A stretch of DNA of 64,000 nucleotides from Eledone cirrhosa (Eukaryota), in contig OZ024749.1 in NCBI GenBank assembly GCA_964016885.1, positions 36,394,001 to 36,458,000 on the forward strand, given 5' to 3'. The position numbers and the translations under genes are program-made. Below are positions 57,301-64,000 of the stretch, piece after piece. How positions within the stretch are numbered: position 1 is the first letter of the stretch; each line of letters opens with the position of its first letter. Under the pieces are notes generated by a model. The model had not been told where the DNA came from and made no database searches. It worked only from the letters and a program-made list of their open reading frames with translations.

Positions 57301-57427
57301 TGAGATCAGATGATGTGCAAGACACAGCCATTACTGCAGCAACCACTACCACCACCACCATTACCCACAATACCTCAACATTCCAACGACCGACAACTCC
57401 ACGACCACTCACAGATCCCGACTCTCC
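57301..57427 (+). CDS. dlg1: Probable Dlg PDZ2-PDZ3 linker exon ([43 protein letters not shown])
   Basis: atttcag acceptor, CC|gtaagt donor; 127 nt, open in the required phase 1, exits phase 2; low-complexity linker, so no domain support. Confidence 0.7.
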
Positions 57428-58037
57428 GTAAGTTACTTCCCCTTTCTCTCACATCTTCCCTATATTTTTGTTGTTGTTATTGTTGTTCAGATCACTGTTT
57501 AGGGTGGAGGGGTGCACTGGCTACTACTGGAGTACGTCGCGGCCTTGACTGAGAGTCAAAAATACACTGGTGGTGTGGGCGGGGTTGTCTCAGGTTTGAC
57601 TGGATACAGTTGGAAGGTGGGGTGAAATTAGGGTGACCTAAATATTTTGGTGGGTGGGGGTGGATTTAATATTGGTGGAGTGTGGGAGTGGGGGAGTACT
57701 GGAAACGACTGGGGTCGTGGAATTGGGATGGAGATGGATGGAGTAAAAGAGACACTGGTGAGCAGGGTTGGTTTTTTATCATGGTGTTGTAGTAATACGT
57801 TTGTTAAATTTTCAAAGGTGGTTCATTTTTTTCTTTTTAAAATGACATCTCCCTACCTTTCAACAACTTCCTGTCTTCTAGTTATCTCCCTTACATATAG
57901 AAACCGTTTATGTATTTGCCTGTGTGCCTGTATGTGTACGTGAGTGTCTGCATCTTTGTCTGTGTGTGTTTCGGTGTTGCTGTCTGCCTGTGTGAATGTG
58001 AATGAATACCTCTCTGCTGTGTTTCTGTGCATAAGAA

Positions 58038-58071
<34 letters not shown>

Positions 58072-58099
58072 ATTCCTGTGAGGGTCATTGAGGCAGAGT

Positions 58100-59170
58100 C
58101 CTCAAACACTCCTTCCAGTGGGTCCTGTCAGAAGCAACCATTTTGAATTGATCCAACTGGATCCCCGATTGAGATCAGACCAGCTCATGGATGGTATCCA
58201 ACCATTCTGCTTGGGATCTACCCCAGAATCTCCGGCCAGTTCGTTTTGCCCATAAAATCTGTCTAGCGATTCTCTCCTGAGACATTCTAACCCGTAGTAT
58301 TGGAGTTGAGATCACTCAAGCTGGAGTAGCAGTGTCACTACCTAGTGCGACTCTCTAATCTCCAAGCTACACACTCTATCAAGTAACGTTACTCTAATGA
58401 CCCTTCAGTTGCTTGTATTCGTGATTGTATTGTTTCAGTCATTATCTAAGATTCATAGCCGTAACTAAGGGTTGGCATGAATACTGAATTGAAGATAGCA
58501 AGTTTGGCTTTTATACCCACCTCCCATCTTCTGATTACCGAATGCTAAAGCTGGCACACTACTGCACCAGTTCCTGTAATTCTTGCACTTAAATCAGCTT
58601 CCTGCCATCACTCATGAACATAGACCTGAGATATTTGAACATCTCCACCTACTTCAGTGGAACTCAACTGACATGTAGAGTGCACTGTGCAGGTTTCCTT
58701 GAGAGGATAAGTGTCTCAGTTTTCGCAGCACTGATTTTTTCAACCCAGCAGTGCAGCACTTGACTTCAAATCAATCAAGTGCATGTCGAGAATCCCCTTC
58801 TGATGAGTTAAGTAATACCATGTCATCTGCAAATTCAAGCTGACTGATACCATTCCCAACATGGTTGCACATGTCAATCCAGGTCATGAAAATTATGAAG
58901 AGGAGAGGTGGCAGTACACACTTTTCGTGGAGTCTAACTCTCACATTGAATGGTTTCCATTAAATACAAATACTAAGGCATTTATAGAGACATAAGGGCA
59001 ACAAGAAGCTGTAGGTCCCCTGGAATGCAGTCCACTTATATGCCTTTTGGAGGTCTACTAAGCAAGCATACACCTCTTGGCAATACTCCCATGATTTCTC
59101 AAAGATTTGCCGCAGTGTGAATATTTGGTTGGCTGTGCTGCCTTTTTTGACTCTATCCATATTGCAGTGT
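58100..59170 (-). mobile_element. Degenerate RTE-type LINE reverse transcriptase fragment
   Basis: QIFTLRQIFEKSWEY...VDLQKAY; ADDMVLL near 58830; multiple disruptions. Confidence 0.82.
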
Positions 59171-61930
59171 TTTTTTTTTGTGATTTTATTCGCACCAGTC
59201 ACCAATCTGGTACTTTTCACAGACTCACGAAGACTACACTTTTTTAGAAGCAGCCTTTATTTATCTCGTCATAGCTACATCACTAGGTTGTGAGAGGTTT
59301 CTTGGGAGCTGAAGGTGTCACCCATTACTCCACCTCCCCTAGTAGTTTACCGCTATTGGTTCAGGGCTGCTTATTCATCAAGCAGATGCCCACTTATATC
59401 GCAACTAGCCATCATATCTGGTGGTCACATTGCTAGCTAATGTGTGTGTCTGTCTGCGCATGTGTGTCTATATATACATATATGTATGTGTGTAACTAGA
59501 GGAAGTGGCAGAGAGGAACTGGTATTACCAGTTAGACATTAACTGAATAAATAAAATCCCTGTGTATAACTGTTAGTTGGTTTGTTTGATACTGACTGAC
59601 ACACACATACACTTATATCTGTTATTGACACACACACACACTTACACATGAAACAGATCAATACATGCACCACATACACTTATATCTGGTATTGACACAC
59701 ACACACATATGAAACAGACCAATACATGCACACATACACACTTATATCTGATATTGACTCACACACACACACACATAAAATAGTCCAATATGTGCACACA
59801 CACACTTATATCTAGTACTGACACACATACACATCTCACACATGAAACAGACCAATATACACACACAATAAAGACATCCCACTGAGTTATATATTATTAT
59901 TATTGATAATATCTCAGCAGGAAGGGTGTTGCCCATAGCTAAATCTTAACCCTTTCATTACCATATTTCTTATCAAATATACCGTATTCAAATTCATAAA
60001 TGAAAAAATTTGGAGAAATTTACTAAAATTATTAATTATTTCATTCATATGATTGTATTTGTAGTATAACTTGAATTTGATATAAGAATATTTTATAATA
60101 ATAATGAAAATGATTGTGTACAGTGCTCAGGTGTACTACAACTCATCAAAGGTGCATGTATAGTACTTAGAATAATTGTTTCTACTTTTGGCACAAGGCC
60201 AGCAATTACCCAGAACATTATTGGTACTTTAGACTAATGTACAAATGTCAGGAAAGTGAACAGTGTATGAGTCATGATATATATACACACATATACATGC
60301 CTGTGTGTGCGTGTGTGGAGTGGGGCAATCAGGTGTAGTGTTGGCGAATTTCTGGATGCATGGATGTGTTGAAGGCTGCAGCTAACAACAGTTGCTGGTA
60401 GTTTAAAGATTTTAATGTAAATAGGAACCCTTTATATTGGGTGATTTTTGCTTCAAAGAACCTGAAGTGGCCTTGGCTGGATATTTTCCTTTTCCATTGT
60501 CCCCAAATTAGTAGCAAGGGTTGTTGGCCATAGCTAACATTTAACAATTGGTGGTGCTTCTTCTTGAAACAAGATTTGATTAAAAGTGTATTGTAAAAGA
60601 TGGATGATGTTATGGAAGGTAACGTGGTGTGGTGTGGTGTGGTGTAGTGTCGTGTAATGATATTAATGATGTGAGGGAGATTAAGCTATTTATAAAATGT
60701 CGAGCAACTGTGTCATGACAAATGAAATTTTGGTAGACTGAAAATATGCAGAAGCCTCACCTGTGGAATTGTATGTGTTAGTGACTGAATACATGTCATG
60801 GTAAAATGCAGTTTTGACAGCTTTGTCAAAAACATGCTTCCAACCAACTAATGATTATTAATTGGCAGTATCGGTGGAGAGTCGGATGCCATGCTTTCCA
60901 GCATAGTTACAGCCCTTTATGGTCTGAGTTCAAATCCCGTCGAGGGTCCTTACGGGGTCAATAAAATAAAGTACCAGTAATGTACTGGGTAATTGCTGGC
61001 CTTGTGCCAAATGTAGAAACAATTATTATTAGGGCAGTGGATTGGCAGAATCGTTAGGGTCGGACAAAATGCTTTGCAGCATTTAGTTATGTTCCTCTAC
61101 ATTCTGAGTTCAAATCCCACCTCAGTTATCTTTGTCTTTCATCCTGAAGAGGTTGATAAAATATAATACCAGTAACACACTGGTTCGAATTAATTGACTT
61201 TACCCTCCCCCAAAATTGTTGGCCTTGTGCCTAAATGAGAAACCATTATTATTAATATGGTGGTGAATTTAACAGAATCATTACAGCATTGGACAAAATG
61301 CTTTGAGGTATTTAGTTTCAGCCATTTACATTCTCAGTTCAAATCCTGCCAAAGTCAACTTTGCAGGGTCAATAATATAAAATACCTGTGAAATACTGGG
61401 GTCAATATAATCAACTTTTTTTTTTTCTCAAAATTGCTGGCCTTGTGCCAATGCTAAAAAGAATTATAACAACCCCCTAAAAAAATTGGAAGGTGTAACC
61501 CTATGTAAGAAATTCTGATGATTATTATTTTCTTCAAAAATTATTTGAATTTAGATTTATTTCATTTCCTTCTTATTTTCTTTCATTAAAAAAAAAATTC
61601 TTCCCATTTTTAAATATAATTATTATAATTCTTCATACTTTTTTTTATATAATTATCATTATTATTTTTCATTTTAAAATTTCATTTTTTTTAATTGTTT
61701 TTGTTTTTCTTTTTTCATATTGGAAATTTCCTGTGCATGTTTCATACGCTAGTTCGTTGATTCACAACCGTAATTGAGACTGGATTTAAATCTCTCTGCA
61801 TCCTGCTACCCGACACAATCCATACCAGATTCTAAACTTACAACTACTTATACATACATACACACACACACATATATACACACACATACATACACACACG
61901 CATGCATATATCTATATATGTGTGTGTATA

Positions 61931-61974
<44 letters not shown>

Positions 61975-62117
61975 GTGTGTGTCTATATACACTTATATGT
62001 ATATCAAGGACTGCAAAGCCAATGACTTCTAGCTTCTACGCTTCTACCCCACAAAAAAAAATTATGAAACTGAGGTACAGTGTAAAAAAAAAAGACATTT
62101 TAAAAAAAAATTTTAAC

Positions 62118-62176
<59 letters not shown>

Positions 62177-62735
62177 TCTTTTACCTGTTCTAACCACCCG
62201 GCTGAGGCCATTTATATGAACAAGGCTTTGTTGAAATTTGAAAATATAGTTACCATTGTATATAACTTTTATAGTAGTTGGTATATGTCTTCTAAAGTAC
62301 CTCTGGTTAGAGAAAATAGTGGAGGCATGTCTGGACACTTTCTTTATTAAGATGAATACTTTACCCCATTCTCTTCAACTATTATTATAGTTATCTACAT
62401 TGACAACTATATTTTCACACACACATACACAATGTCAATGATTGACTCGAGTATGATCATTATCCAATTTAGTTTAGTATTCCAAAATTTAAAGGAAAAT
62501 AGTGTAGAAATTATTTTGAGACATGTAGGCCCTAGAAGCAAAATTAAACGATCCTGATGGCTTAAGCTCAACGATATATGTTTTATAATAACATTTAGCG
62601 TCTTTCCCACCATAAATCAGTTTTGCAGTCCCTGAATACATACATACATACATACATACATACATACATACACAAATACACACACATATGTATACATACA
62701 TATATATACGGTTTGCTAATTTCTTATAGAACTAA

Positions 62736-62780
<45 letters not shown>

Positions 62781-63702
62781 GTGTGTGTGTGTATATGTAT
62801 AAATACAATAATACAATTTTTTTTCTAAATCCATATTTTACAAATTGCAACAATCTTTTAACAAATTATTCTTTTACTAAATTCTTCCTTTATATTTTCT
62901 ATCTCCAATTTAATATATTCCTCTAAGAAATGTCTTGGTGCTTAATTTTTCTTTAAATATTGACTTCTACCCTTAGAATCGGCAGAGTTTTTTCTTTCTA
63001 AAAATGGTGCTTTAAGGGTGTCTTTAGTCTCTTTCTCTATATTACTATTATTGTTGTTCTTCTTTGCTTAATGTTCTTCCTCTCTATTTAATCCCTGCTG
63101 ACAGCAGACTTATGCCTTTCTTTTCTATCAGACATGTTCCTCTGTCTGTGTGTCAGTGTGTGTGTGTGTGTGTGTGTGTGTTCCTGAGTGTATACACGTA
63201 CACACTGACACATACATATAAATGTACACAGACACTCATTTTCTTTTTATGCCTCTCCTCCTCTTTCTCTCCCCCTTGTCATCTCTATCTCTCACCTCTC
63301 TACCTATATCTACTTACCTCTCCCCCCCTTATCCCCACATCTTACCTTTGTCCCTGTTTCCCTTCTCTATCCCACTCTCCCCCATTGCTCAATAACAATC
63401 TGCTAACTCAAGGATTTAATTTTTGTTTTGTAGAATTTTATCCAGTGAACCTTTCATTTGTGTGTGTCCGAGTGTGTATATGTGTGTGTCCGAGTGTGTA
63501 TATGTGTGTGTGTCTGTATATGTAATAAGGTGAATGCATGTTAATGTTTTCCACTACAAAATGTACTCAATACAATGTGTAGAGTAGAATAAAATTTAGT
63601 AGAAACTTAAACTGAAAAAATGTGACACTGACATCCACCTTTCACCTCATGAGACAGCAGTGCCTGATGATCTGATGGCAGGTGAACCTCAGAGTTGGAC
63701 CA

Positions 63703-63919
63703 TTAACCCTTTAGCATTTAAATTGGCTGTATCCACCCAGAACTCTTTCACCTCTTTCTGTTTAAACCAGCCGTAATTGGCCGCTTATGCTGACGTTTAG
63801 GTATTGTTCTCAAAATAAATAATATAAAAAATCTCATAAATTCGATATTATGTGAGATAAAGCCTTTACTGCAAAAATACAATAGTAAATATAGAGTAAT
63901 GTAAATGCTAAAGGGTTAA
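63703..63919. mobile_element. piggyBac-like MITE (related copies 4523-4762, 24722-25168, 59945 onward)
   Basis: ttaaccctttagcattta ... taaatgctaaagggttaa: TTAA site with CCC..GGG ends. Confidence 0.75.
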
Positions 63920-63936
63920 AGATTCCATTAAACTTA

Positions 63937-63979
<43 letters not shown>

Positions 63980-64000
63980 CTGTTCACTTCTTAGTTTAGT

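Noticed and set aside
63664-63700. CTGATGA hammerhead-like start (also 6047, 42961 and 58800)
   Set aside because: No proper GAAA and stem arrangement; the 58800 hit lies in RT coding sequence
57428-64000. Search for the Dlg PDZ3 exon
   Set aside because: No GLGF-type exon found; presumably beyond the window

Overview
AT-rich, microsatellite-saturated animal genomic DNA. The tRNA-derived SINE families and repeat landscape suggest an octopod cephalopod (inference, not verified). The window lies inside a + strand discs large (dlg1/PSD-95 family MAGUK) gene. Six phase-compatible exons (20714-20838, 26547-26649, 53162-53228, 55464-55600, 56266-56410, 57301-57427) encode PDZ1, PDZ2 and a probable PDZ2-PDZ3 linker; the N-terminal, PDZ3, SH3 and GUK exons were not found. 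The introns hold a 5'-truncated Penelope-like element (RT C-terminus plus GIY-YIG), RTE and Tx1-like LINE fragments, a mariner remnant, MITEs, many SINEs and minisatellites. The most notable signal is a set of minimal type-I hammerhead ribozyme motifs from several Penelope/retrozyme-like repeat families. Several sit in long fold-back inverted repeats just downstream of a dlg exon. Also seen: phase-compatible minus-strand exon candidates (possible nested antisense gene) and a 91-bp array of acceptor-like units before the PDZ1 exon. Most ORFs in the supplied track are microsatellite artefacts.
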